The position numbers and the translations under genes are program-made. DNA of 64,000 nucleotides from assembly GCF_041956535.1 (NCBI RefSeq), contig NW_027192192.1:871796-935795 (forward strand). Reading direction: 5' to 3'. Positions 1 through 12,700 of this stretch are shown here, piece by piece. Below the pieces are notes generated by a model, which saw only the letters and a list, made by a program, of their open reading frames with translations, searched no databases and was not told the origin of the DNA. Position 1 is the first letter of the stretch, and each line of letters begins with the position of its first letter. Origin of the DNA: Calcarisporiella thermophila CBS 279.70 (Eukaryota; Fungi; Calcarisporiellomycota).

Positions 1-1330
1 TCCTACCAACAAGAATAGCTACTTGAGCCAGCAGCAGGTCGATGCAGTCAAGTCCTATGTTAGATTGGCGTCCATTGCTGGGTGTAGTCGGATGCGAACT
101 GGCCAGCTGTTTAAAGAGACACGAGAATGTTCATTAACGAAACTCTGCACCAATTTTGAACATGTTAAGTTGGTGGATAAGTAAGTGCATTTCTGCTCTT
201 AGTGCGCACTCCCCATCAGTTCAAATCTAACTTATGTTACAATAGGTTTGATCGTTCTCAAACGGGCGATATCGGAGGCTTTTTCGGGAGGGATGATAAG
301 CGCAAGGCCTTGATCGTTTCTTTCCAGGGAACTTCTACGTGGAATAATGGGCTAACCGATGTGAAGTTCTTACAAGATGAGTACCCCAATGTGAAAGGGG
401 CCTTTGTTCATACAGGTAAATCTTTGAAATAAAAAAGACATCATCAGAAAACTTTGAAAATATAATACATTTACTCCTTTATGCTTTTTTATAGGCTTTC
501 TTCAGGCCGCCAACGCGGTTAAAGAGTATCTTTATCCAAAGATAAAAAATGAAACCCTGAAGCTGGGCGAGAACTTCAAAAATTATGAAGTTGAAGTGAT
601 CGGTCACTCTCTTGGCGGAGCCATTGCAACTCTCTTCAGTAATGTATCTTCTCTCTATTCCAAACATTACTCTTTTCTAATTTTTCTAATTTTTCTGAAT
701 TATTTTAGCTGCGGAATTAATGAATAGCGGCAAGCAAAACATTCCCAACTTTAACAAGGAGAAAGTAGTTCTCGTCACACTGGGGGAGCCGAGAGTGGGG
801 AATGCAGAGTTCGTCCAATTCATGAACCAACAGCCTATCCTTCAAAAGCGGATTACGAATCGCAATGACTTTGTGCCTTTCATTCCATTTGAATGGTCCT
901 TTTTCAGCTTTTTGCCCAACTATGCAAGTCGTAATTTCGTAATTCATGCTTTCGACAATGGAAAAGTAGTTCACTGTGTTAACGCTAATGACCAAGCTTG
1001 CGAGGACGACGAAGGATTTTTCAAAAATGCCGGACAAGATATGTTGGATATGGCATTGATGTCGGGTAGCTTTGATGTGAGTAGAGATGAAATTAGAAGA
1101 GAAACATTGAACAATTGACAAATTTCTTAATTTGTTAGCATTTTGAATTCAAAGATGTGATAACCGGATGCCCAACTGGCGGCAGCAGGACTCCGAAGGC
1201 AATTGGCGAGATAACTCTGGCAGATGCCTTCCTTGAACAATGGAAAGCTTCCAAAAAAAACAATAAGAATCCTGAATCCAATCCCCCTGAGAAAATCGGG
1301 CAAAAAGAGGAGTCGAAAAATACCGAATAG
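1..1330 (+). CDS. Class 3 (fungal) triacylglycerol lipase, 5' end outside window
   Basis: Splicing introns 181-245, 416-494, 639-708 and 1077-1138 gives IVSFQGTS (oxyanion region), VHTGF, nucleophile elbow GHSLGGAIATL, LGEPRVGN, RITNRNDFVP (catalytic Asp) and SFD|HFEF (catalytic His). Stop TAG 1328-1330. Confidence 0.9.
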
Positions 1331-1394
1331 AAGATTCCCCACTCTGTATTTCATGGCTAGATAGAAAACATAGAAGTTTGTATACTAGATGCCG

Positions 1395-1838
1395 TGTTGA
1401 GGGGAAGTTTAGCACAATATGGATCGATGGCGCAGTATGGAGGGGAGGCTTAGATTTAGTGGCTTACTTAGATACTTCTTTAATATATTATTAGCTTAGA
1501 TACACATCTTTAGATAGTTTTAGTGGTATAGAGTGGTTTAGAGCCTTACAATTATATTTATCTCTAGATTATCTTATATTACTTGATTATTTCATTTATA
1601 TCTTCATGATAATCTTGTTTCTATTTATATCTGTGATACATTATCTTTAGTATAGAAAGGGTATATCTTTAGTTTACAATATATGAGTGCTGTTTAGTTA
1701 GGATAAATCTGATTACACTACCACCATCTTGTGTCGTTTACTAGTCTTCTGAAGTGTTTGGTAAGGAGCAATCGAGAGCTTAGGGATAGCTAAGGGATTG
1801 CTGGATAGAACCTTATTAGACCAATATTCGACTCAACA
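1395..1838. mobile_element. Solo LTR of an LTR retrotransposon (444 bp)
   Basis: Begins TGTTGAG (1395), ends CTCAACA (1838): perfect 7-bp terminal inverted repeat with TG...CA ends. Flanked by direct repeat GCCG (1391-1394 and 1839-1842). AT-rich non-coding interior. Confidence 0.8.
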
Positions 1839-2629
1839 GCCGTACTATTATACTATATGTATTTTAATAGATATCAAATGATTTCCAATTATAACCAATC
1901 GCCTTCGTATTTTGATACTTTCTAGTGCTTAATTGACTACTTGATTTCAACCCGATGGGCTGATATCAATGAACAAATAATGGCATTATTATGGCCGCAG
2001 TTTAGAAGGATGCCGAAATATTGTGTGCAAGCGACCTGACATTTATATAATGCATGCAAAGGTATATATTAAGAGATAATGCTATGCACCCTGTAATGGC
2101 GACCACAATGACGAAGTCCAACTTTCATATAAGTTTAAATGCAATATCAATAAGCCCAAAAGTACTCTCCAATTATAGATCTTCGAAGGGTATGAAGTTT
2201 AACATGAGAAAAGTACTATATCCTCATTAGAAGTAGATTGGGCATATTAACGTGTTGAAAAGCTATACTGCTTTTTCTCTGGAAGCAATTAAGCAGTTCT
2301 CTCGGGAAGTATTGCGGATGCTGAATCGATGATGGCCAATATACAGTAGTAGATTAGATAGGTGTAGTTCTCTAGTTGACAAATTCCTTTTTGTTTTCTA
2401 ATGATTTGCACTTCTCTGAGGCGGCTTGAGCATCTAACTAATGATCCATCATAGATATAAAGAGCAAGTATTATTTAATCTTCAAAGATATCCGTTTTAA
2501 GCTCAGAAATCAAAAATCCAATACAAATAGATAAGAAACAATACACAGCTACAATGCTAAAATAATAAAAAATAATGGTACAACCAATAAAAAAACGAAT
2601 TAGAATTCAGAAAAACCAATATACAGGCA

Positions 2630-4138
2630 TTACCCGTGAATCGAAGAGAAAGGATAAGATTCCCTATATTGCGTGTTTTCCAATTCGCCCAGCCCGGCTG
2701 CCGAAGTAGGAGGAATATAAAAGCAATATTTTGACAAGAGTGTGAAGTAATCCAGCTTCTGCTCAGGCATTAGCTCAAACTCGGCACCTCTACCATGACT
2801 AATTTCTCTGTTCTCTATTGAGCAGGGAATGAGCATAGGCGAGGGGGGACTGGATGCGACCGTTTTACGACCAATGGTAATGGTTCCAGTATCAAGTCTA
2901 TCCTGCCACGTAAGACTTGTAATCGGTATCTCTACCGCGACTGGCTTCACCAAATTTAGGTTGTTAATATTTTCGTTATTTTGCAGTGTAAATGATGAGG
3001 TATGAGCCCGAGAGATTTTTGTTCCGTTGGATCTCTCGTGTGTCCCAGCTTCGCTTTTTCCTTTTTCATTAAACTTGAAGCTGTTTTCATCGCGATTTAA
3101 GATCGACAGCGGACTCCCGGGTGGAGATAATTCAATTCGTTTTTGATGGCTCTTATTTGCTTTCTTATTTCCTATTCTTCTGGGGGTAGTTGCAGAAGGA
3201 GAATGAGGGAATGTGGTTCGGGTAACATTAACCTGGTAGTTCTGCCCATCATTGTTCGCCCAGTATTCACGGCCACCCACGAGATAGCGGACTGCGAAAA
3301 GAAGAGTTGCATGATCCTGTATTTTAGCAACAGATATAGAAAACATAAAGCGATCAAAGAGTGTTGGATCGGATGCTTGATTAGATGGAGTGGGGATATA
3401 GGTGGCGTTTGTTTCAAAAAGGTTTTCCCAATAGTCAAATGTGTAGCGTACAATTACATGCCTGCGTGAATGCAAAGAAATGTTAACGATATGTATTGCC
3501 TCTTACATTGGAATGGATAAATACTTTTGATATGAAAGATTTTGTACTGCGATGATGCCTTGGATCATGCTTTCATTTTTGCTCAGATATACACTTTCAA
3601 CCGATACTACAGATCTATGAATATCCGAAATTGTAACCGGCGGGAAACTGATCAGAGATATCGACAGCTGACCACTATTTGTATTACAGCTATTTTCCTC
3701 TTGACTATTTTCCTCTTCATTGTTAAGAATCGGGTCCGCAGATGCAGATCGAGGTGTCTCTTCTTTTAAGAATAGACGTATATGTTCAACGGTGTCAAAA
3801 TGCACAAACTTGGGGCAAGTGGGCGTTGCAGGAGCAGAGCGACTCTTTGCTTTTAGAGAGGGGCGTAGCCTAACACCACACTTGTTGGTTTCTATCCGTA
3901 GTGGTTCTGCTGGTGAGGATAGTGCATGATGTGTTTCTATAAAGGCAGAAGGAATAATTGAACGCGGAGGAGAGGAAGAAAAGAGCCCAGAAACAACATT
4001 TAAGGCCATGGACGTGTCAGCTGGTTTTTTGGCGGCAACTAGCTTAACACTGCGGGCGGAAAAGCGAGCCTCATTTGGGATGGTCGTGGCAGAAGAATTT
4101 ACAAGGAGAAGTTTAGGCGAAATGGGGGTATAAGGCAT
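2630..4138 (-). CDS. Glycogen-targeting protein phosphatase 1 regulatory subunit with CBM21 domain (Gac1/Pig-like)
   Basis: Exons 4138-3525 and 3461-2630. PP1-docking RVxF motif KFVHF. CBM21 signature G.IAVQNLSYQK|HVIVRYTFDYW...DRFMF...FAVRYLVGGREYWANNDGQNY. Confidence 0.9.
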
Positions 4139-5578
4139 ATCTCACGCTGACCAATGGAATTAGGAAAGTATAAATTTAAAACTTATTAACGCTCAAATAA
4201 AACATGTTTACAAAAACGGAAAAGAGCGAGAGTAAGAGGTAAATAGAAAATAATGAGAGAGAAGAGGGCAAAGAAAAGGTGGAAAATATAGTAATTAGTT
4301 AGGCGTAACTTTGTGAAGCGTAGTTCCCTTTTCAATAGGTCTATTCAAAGCCACGTTTATGGCTCTTCTGATACTTTCTCAAATATGGTAAAATAATTAA
4401 TATGTAACTTTAAAGGGAAGGGAATCACGACAAAATATCAGGTATGAATAGCCGTTCCATCAGTTGTACTCTCTTATGCCCTTGTCCCTCCGCTTCGTAC
4501 TGACCATTTTTTTTAGTAGAGTACATAAGATTCTGTTTAAAATATCAGCCTTCAGTGCATTAGAATATGGATATACTGCGAGTAATTCTTATGGCTTAGG
4601 TCTGAAGATTTAAGCTCCAAGATCACCCATGTCTTCGGCTCATCGTAAACAGCTTGTGTCGCCCCCTTACTAAATGCAGCTCCTCGGGTGGGCTGTCTTA
4701 ATTTTGACCCCTTGAGCACCCAAATTCTTAAATCTCTTCAGTAAAACTAACGCTTCTGGTTTTTTGTAATAGAAAAAATAATAGGGTAATAAATTCCGCG
4801 GAATATCTCATTTTACATATCTCTAAGCAGTATTAACTCACAATCATTTCACTGGCTGCCGATTTTTTTATTTCACTTCGCCATAATAATACAGTCAGTA
4901 GGACATATAAATAACTGTAGAGACGGTCTATTGATAGTGTTTCTTTTAGATGATAGGTTCACGCGAGAGTAGTTAGTGAGGATAAAATATCACCTGGTTA
5001 AACAAAGGCTGAAGGGGCATAAAGTGGGTATACTAATGCTTTATAGCCTACAACAATAATACCTTTTAGAAAATAAGATTTATATGTATATGGTAAACCT
5101 CGCCGGACTCTAACAAAGCAAATTCCTATAAGTCTATTCCAAATAACAACAAATTGTAGTTAGAGCTCTCATCCTTATTGATGATAATGTAGTTTAATAG
5201 TCCACATTAACATAAGTGATTTTCGGTTGAGGTCATATATGCTCCCAAATTGCCCTGGAGTTCATATGGCTACCATTTCATAGGCAAGTTAACCTAGAGG
5301 ATTCAATTATGCCGAAATATTCGGAACAGGAGATTGTACACTTGTAATAAACAAGAAAAAAGTGAGCGTGAAAATTGGGTATTTCTTACATCAATAGAGG
5401 TCTGCTCAGTAGGTATCATAATAGCGTCTGCACCCGCAAAGGATAGCTTACGATATTCACTTAATCGTAATCTACTGCTCGATTATTTTAGCAATTAACC
5501 AACGAGGCGCAGCATATTCAAAAGGAGTTGTTTGCGAGCATCAAATTGACTTGTTTTTACGTTCTTTTCCTAATCCCA

Positions 5579-7365
5579 ATGACCACATACTCTTACCCTA
5601 CGAAGACAAATTCAGAATTTCAAGCAATTGTATTGCCTGGAGATCTTGGCAACCAGTGGGTTTTACATATTGATAATGTTTAATCATGAATTTCTATAAC
5701 ACGACCTAAAATGTAATAGATTGTTTCCTCTAACCGAGGAAGACAACGTCCCAATTGGCCTTTTGCCTGTTGCCAATAAACCTATACTGCACTATGTTCT
5801 CGGATGGCTGGAGAAAGCTGGCATTAGAGGTACCGATACTTTGTATCCCGAGGTGACGAGACAAATGCTGTGCTTGCTTACATTTTTTTATATCTAATTG
5901 CAGATGTTATAATTGTCGCTCAAACTCAAACCCATCAAAAAATTCAACATTATCTTACACGTATATATAATGGTGGAATAAATCCTGAGCTGGAAGTGGT
6001 CGAGGATCGAGATTTGGACACTGCTGATATGCTTAGACACGTGCGGCACCGTATCCATGTATGTATATTTTATTTTATTTTTCTCGGTGAAATATGCTGA
6101 CGACTTCCAATTTTCTCAATCGAATTTGAAGAATGATTTTCTTGTTATTTCTTGCGATCTCATTACGGATCTCCCACCTCATGAATTCCTCGACTTTTAC
6201 CGTCTTCACGATCCAACTGTCGCCGCACTTTTCTTTGAGCCTCCGACCACGGAATCTCCCACCCCAGGAAAAGAAAAAAAGCGCTCTGATGCCATGCAGT
6301 TTGTTGGACTTTCGCCTGAAAATAGCCAGCTTGTACATTTGGCAAGCTCTGCGGATATTCGCGATAAATTCTCCCTTCGCACATCACTTTTGTGGAAATT
6401 CCCCAGAGTACAAATCTTTACTACCTTGGAAGATGCACACGTTTACATATTCAAGAGATGGGTTCTCGATTTCTTGGCATCCAGAAAGGGAATATCAAGC
6501 GTGAAGGACGAGTTAATCCCAATACTGGTCAAAAGCCAATATCGACCCAAGTTCGCAGAGCGAGAGGGATTAATGAAATGTATGTGCATTCATAGACATC
6601 CATTAGCGTGAGAGTACGATCGATACCATTTTATTTTAATTTTTGGTTACATAGTTGCCGGAAGTTATGAGCCAGTAAGCAGAGTGGCTCTTGAATATTC
6701 TTCTGTTAGCGCGCCAGAGGTTGGGCCTATCAATTGCCTGGCTTACGTACAACGCACTGGTTTCTGCGGGCGAGCAACCTCTATTCAAGACTACGCAGAT
6801 TTGAATCGCAATGTAATCTCAGATATTTTTTTATCATAAAGGCTTTAAGTAATTTCATTTTTTCCATTAAACAGCTGACAAAGACGACTACTCTGCCACG
6901 GGTACCGGAATCGGCAGAGGCTCAGGCCAAAGCAGTAGGTGCGGATTCCCTGGTTGGCGAGGATACTAAAATTGAGGAACGCACATCGATCAAGCGCTCT
7001 ACGGTGGGAAGTCACTGTATAATTGGGAAAGGCGTTAAGATTAGCAATTCTGTGGTGATGGATCATGTTGTAATCGAGGACAAGTATGTTTAAATTGTGC
7101 TATTTTTGGAAAACTTGCTTCTTATAAGTTTCTTTTTTTTTCCCCTAATAGCGTGAAGTTGGAAGGTTGCATCGTTTGCCACAATGCGAAGATTTTAGAG
7201 CGTGCTCAACTTAAGGATTGCGAGGTAGGGGGAGGTTATATCGTTAAAGCTGAGAGTAAGTTGGATGTACTATTTACTCTATCATATTTTACTAATCACC
7301 ACCGTACTCATTTATTAGCACTGGCAAAGAATGAAAAGTTAGTGGGCCAGGTTTTATTTGGCTAA
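5579..7365 (+). CDS. GCD1: Translation initiation factor eIF2B gamma subunit
   Basis: Multi-exon. N-terminal NTP-transferase-like EFQAIVL...LFPL...LLPVANKPILHYVL.WLEKAGI, DFLVISCDLITD, LEDAHVYIFKRWVLD. C-terminal left-handed beta-helix hexapeptide repeats (SLVGEDTKI, STVGSHCIIG, SVVMDHVVI). Confidence 0.9.
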
Positions 7366-7944
7366 ACAATGTAGATATATACTTAATCAATAAACGAATT
7401 ATAAACTTGGATCTGACTGAAATAGCTACTTTATAATATATCTCGAATAGAGAGATATCCATATTTTATTTAGTCTGCTTGTGTGTTCACAATTGGCAAA
7501 TTACTCAATTAAGAAACTATTTATTTATTTTTCTTTTCAAAATATCTCCTAACCCTCCCCCTCCCCCTTCCCCTCCCCCATTTTTTTATTATTTTGATGT
7601 TGCTTGGTCTGTTCCCAGCAATCCTGTGTTCAATTCGAATCAGCTTTCTGTAATCTTAACCTTTAAGCGCGAATACTTTGCGAATTTAGCTATATTTCCA
7701 TAAAGATGACAAACATGCAGAGCTTGATATAAATGCCTTCGCTATAATGACGAGCTATTCGTGAAGAAAAAAAAACACGAGACTCCTTTACGATTTTATA
7801 TTAATGGATCACAAAATCATGAGCATATAATAATTGAATGTCAGACGGCGCGATTGAGGCGCAGTAGTGACGAAATTATGTTTTCTATTGAAGAAAAACA
7901 GTCTAGTAAGTTGCAAACATAATACAACTAGATCATTCAGTGCG

Positions 7945-8606
7945 ATGTTTTCGAGAATATCACTGCGTGTATTTGCTCCCCGGATCACGCTTGCCTCACC
8001 TACTAAGGCATGGGCAAATCGATCACTGACATGCCAAAAGCATTCACTTAGCACTTTCAACCGCCCTACTTCAATTGCCGCCAACATCCTTACATCTTTA
8101 TCCCGCGCCAATTCCATGAATCCTTCCCCCTACCATCAACAGCAGGCCACTATGGCAACACTCAATCAAGTCATTCGCAAAATGCGTAAATCCACTCGGA
8201 AGCCCTCCAAATCTCCAGCTCTTGACCGCTGTTATCAGAAAAAAGGAGTGTGCAATAAGGTCTACACCACTAAACCGAAAAAGCCCAACTCTGCCCAGCG
8301 TAAGGTGGCTCGTGTGAAGCTGTCTAACGGCAAGGTGGTTCTTGCCTATATTCCCGGCGAAGGCCATAATTTGCAGGAGCATTCAGTAGTGCTGGTTAGA
8401 GGAGGAAGAGTACCGGACTTGCCCGGTGTACGTTATCATCTTGTGAGAGGAACAATGGATTTACAAGGTGTACCAAATAGAGTGAATTCGCGGTCAAAAT
8501 ATGGAAGTAAGTTACTATCTCAGGGGGATCCACGATAGTAGAGTTATTGTTGACGGCTAATGTTCTAATTCTGAAAATAGCTCGTAAACCGCAAAAGAAA
8601 GATTAG
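7945..8606 (+). CDS. MRPS12: Mitochondrial ribosomal protein uS12m with N-terminal presequence
   Basis: S12 motifs [34 protein letters not shown]. Arg/Ser-rich, acid-free N-terminal extension. Intron 8507-8580 gives C-terminus RSKYGTRKPQKKD*. Confidence 0.93.
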
Positions 8607-9705
8607 AGCTCTAGATCTGTTTGCTTTCGCGAAAATTTGAGAAAGAGGATTTGTTTTTGTTTGTTCTTTTTTTTATGTATCCTATTTTCTCTATATATTA
8701 TTCTCTATTTTTCTTTAACAACACAATTAGAGCTTTGGGAACGTCTTTTATCGCATCTGCGACTTAGGGCAGTCGGATTCTCTATTGGATAATAATAGGG
8801 GGCTTAATTCACGTGCAAATGAAGTGAGAGCCAACTAGACACAAACAAAAGGTTAAATGACTATCATTACATAAGAAGAAAAAAATACCTTGAAACAGAT
8901 ATCAAAGATACGATTTTTTTTCTACAATTTCTCGAGGGGGTTCAAAGTTCAGATGGGTAGAGAGGGGGCCCACTGGGAGATTTCTCGACGACTAGGGTGG
9001 CTTGGTGGGTCCTTCTTCGAAGGTTTTATGTAAGAGGAAATTCGAGACGGTATAAGCGCGCAGGCTTTCTAGCCTGTGATCGGCCATTGATCGTTTTAAA
9101 ATTCAATTAACAGGCAACCAGTTCAATAGAGGGGAGAATAATATAGTGCAACATTGACAAGAGCTGGGCCGTGCGCCTAGATTTCAGCTAGTTAGACACA
9201 AGTCAGGAGGGGACAAGGAATTACTCTGTGCCAAACTTGGCCAATCGATCGGTGCAAATGAACTCTGTAAATTTATTTTATATGTTTGGTTTGAAAAAAC
9301 TTTATATCTCCTTCGGGTACGGACTCATTTTATGGCCTATTCCATTTAATATTTTGCCTTTCCTCTCTTTGTCATCTCATCTCATTCTTTCGAAATTATT
9401 TCATGATTCAATTAGTCTAATCATCAGTGAAGTGGTATTCCCCCGAAACCCAACTTATATTTATTTCCTCTCTCCCTTCAAGCTTCTAATATCTTTGTAG
9501 TATACCTTGTCCATCTTTAATTTCGTCTTTTCCGCTTTCGGTTAGTCTAGCTTGCTGTTTAGAACCCTTTTATTTCACTCTCTTTTCTACCCTTTACCCT
9601 TCACTTAATAATAACACCCCTTTGAAAAGGTATCCTGTCCACACTTGTTGACCTGCAAGTCTTCGTTGAATGCTGACAACTCTTTCTATATTGTGTTTTT
9701 GAGAT

Positions 9706-12700
9706 ATGGCCTCCGGTAGCACGGTTTATGAGCGTACTCTTCCAGTGACACTTGACCTCCTTTATGAGCGTGAAGACGACGAAGACTCTTCTGACTATGA
9801 CTATCAGAGCTCCCTCCCACCACCAAGTGCCTACCCAGGCGCTCACCACTCCTTCACACGTCGGGAGAAGCACCTCTCTGCCACCTCTATAGAATATATA
9901 ATCCTTCTCACCAACTACAAACTTGCCCAGTTAGCGTGCTCTCCTCCAACGTCAGACAGTATGCGCCGGCGCCTCTTAACTAAAGGTTTCCTTAATGCAA
10001 CGTATTCACTCCCACACTTTTTTACCTTTGGTACCCCGTTGAGGACTTGGCGATTTGTAGGAGAAGAAGCTATGGTGATACCGGTCGACAGCAACATTGA
10101 GGATATCATTAACGAGTTTGCGATAGCCTACGAACAGCGCAGACAATTAATGCAGTTGGAATTTGAACGAGCAAACTCAGACCCACATCGGCCGATGAGT
10201 AGTGCGGAAATCGCAAGATATTTTCTCAGTGTTGGAGAGATTGATTTCGACAAAGAAGAAGGGACGGAGAGGGATGATATTGAGGAAGATATCCAAGAGG
10301 AAGAGAAAGAGGCAGGAAATGAGGGTGAGATGGACGATGAGGAGGATGACGAGTATGAGGTCTTATGGGGAATGGCACGGCAAATTCAATTTGACACTTG
10401 CAGAAGTAGCACCAACTCTAACAACAATACCAAAGAAGCGCCAGGAAAAGAAGAAAATACACGATACGCACCCCCCCATTGCCCCCTGCCTGATATCCCA
10501 CCGTCATCTCCGGCGTCAGCTGATAAGTCTGAACCCGCCGAACCAGAGGAAACAGAAGATTCAGCAATCTCCACCAAGCTTCAAGATGCTGAGGTCTCCG
10601 GCCAAAAAGCTGACATTGCACTTCTTGCACAGATTATCCAGAATATGAATCCAAAAATGCCATCTCATCGAACCGTGGTAATTCATCCGATGGAATCGCA
10701 TGCAAAGCCAGAAGCTTTGTCGACGCAACAACCCTCAGTAAATATAACTTCTGCAGGCCCTCTTTCGCCCGAGTCCAAGACACCAAAGGTTTCACAATCA
10801 ACCAGGTCCATTACCCTCTACCCACCCAAAGATAATCATACCGCACTAAATCTTCTCACGGCAGCAAAAAAACCGACCACTCCGCCTGACTCACCCAGCT
10901 CTCCTTTGTCCTTTAACTCGGCCCCCAACTCACCCACTTTTTCACCGCCCTCCATTTCGACTAACCACTCGTCTTCTCCAACATCCCCACGATCCTTATC
11001 CGCACAACGCACCTCTTCGGTTCTCGATCTAGAACTTCCTTTTCTTAGGAATTTATGTAATGTGATGTTTCAGGGCGACATGGGTCCGCCAGCACCGTTG
11101 GAACAAGCGTCAGAAAGAGCAAATGAAATGGAGGTGGAAGACGAAGTCCCGTGTCGACAAAAGACGTTCCGAAAATCATATCTTAACTCCAAGGAGCTCC
11201 CACCGATCCCTAGTCTTCAAGATGAGATAGTCGCCGCAATCGCCCGCGCAGATCAAGGCCACGACTTCTTGAACAGGCGCAAGAGCACTGGAGGTGCGAA
11301 TGATTCCGCGCCTACCTTGGATTTCGACCTGAATAATCTCTTTGACATGAAGTTTAATGTTGATATTGATTCTCGGTGGAGAGAACTCAGTCTCTCTGAG
11401 CGGATGGCAGTTGCCGATGCCGCTGTGGCAGCAGCAAAAGCGGCCGGAAGGATGACCAGCGATGGCGAGCTGGAGCGTAGAATCAGCTCTGAAGTGCGAA
11501 GGGAGTTGCAGAAATCAATGAAGCAGCGAAGTGTCAGTATTGACAAGATTGACCCTGACCTCCCTAGTCCATTGGGCATCTCTTGCACAGGCATTCCATG
11601 TTTCCCCAATTTGTCTCGATTCTCATCGCACTCCTACTCTTCGACCATGAGTTCCAACACGCTTAAGTCGTTGCCCGAGATTACCAACCATGCACCTACT
11701 AATCTGGATACAGCGATTCGAGTAGCCGCATCCATCCGTGCAAAGAGAAACTCCTCTCGCAAAACACGAACAAGTGAAATGATGGTCGACTTTAGACGGT
11801 CAGCTATCACAGAGAGACGGCCTTCCGGAGCCTCAATTGGCGAGTTTTCTAGTGCATTCCAGATAGCTTATGACAAAGAAAAGGCAGACGCAGAGAGTAC
11901 AGCTAGATCTGAAACGAACATTGAAAGCACCCAAGTGCCATTAGAGTTGCCCAAGCTACCAGAAATTCGCATATTTGGTGAAAGCGAAAAAGAAAATGAC
12001 TGGTTAGTTTGGATGGAAGCCATGGATACCGGCGAAAGCGGGAAACAGCTTGATAAAGTGGAAGAGAATGAGGTGAGAAAGAAGGCTGAACAAGAAGTAA
12101 AGGAGCAGAAACACGAGCCAACGAGTGCAAAATCAAAACAGCGCGATAGTGCTGACAAGAAGGATGATAAAAATCTCGCGGAACTGTCGCTGCTTCCGGA
12201 GATCTGTGTCTCAGGGGACGAAAAGAATCAGGCTTGGATGTCGTGGGTCGAATCCGAGGATGCAGTGAACTCGTCGAGAAGTCAGCAACAGCTGAAGCGC
12301 AATTCTCTCTCCAAACAACGCCCACTCTCTCCAACGGCACCTCAAGAGGACCCCATTGCAGAAGTTCCTCCGCCGCCTCCTCCCAAGGACCCCGAGCATT
12401 TGGCAAGATTGCGTGCCAGGGCACATCGCAACATGCAACAGCTTCCCGCCCGTACGAGCTCCGCTAATCCTGCAGTGAAGCGTCGTATTTCGCGCACGAA
12501 TTCTGTCCGCCGAAAATACGGCCACTCAACCATGGGCCACACCCTTTCTGCAGCCGAAAAGCGTAACTCTAGAATATTGAATGCTACGGTGACTCCTTAC
12601 GGCGAAGAATCCAGCCCCAATCCAAATCCCATGCATCGCTCGCGCAGACCACGACGCCGTACCTCTTTTGCCAGTAGCATCACCTCTCTTGCCACTTCCA

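Noticed and set aside
720-1118. Apparent lipase lacking its catalytic His (ORF ends ...TLNN*)
   Set aside because: Intron 1077-1138 restores D-H and a normal C-terminus; not a pseudoenzyme.
5579-5830. Nucleotidyltransferase-like N-terminus with a degenerate GxG loop
   Set aside because: Normal for eIF2B-gamma, a known catalytically inactive homologue.
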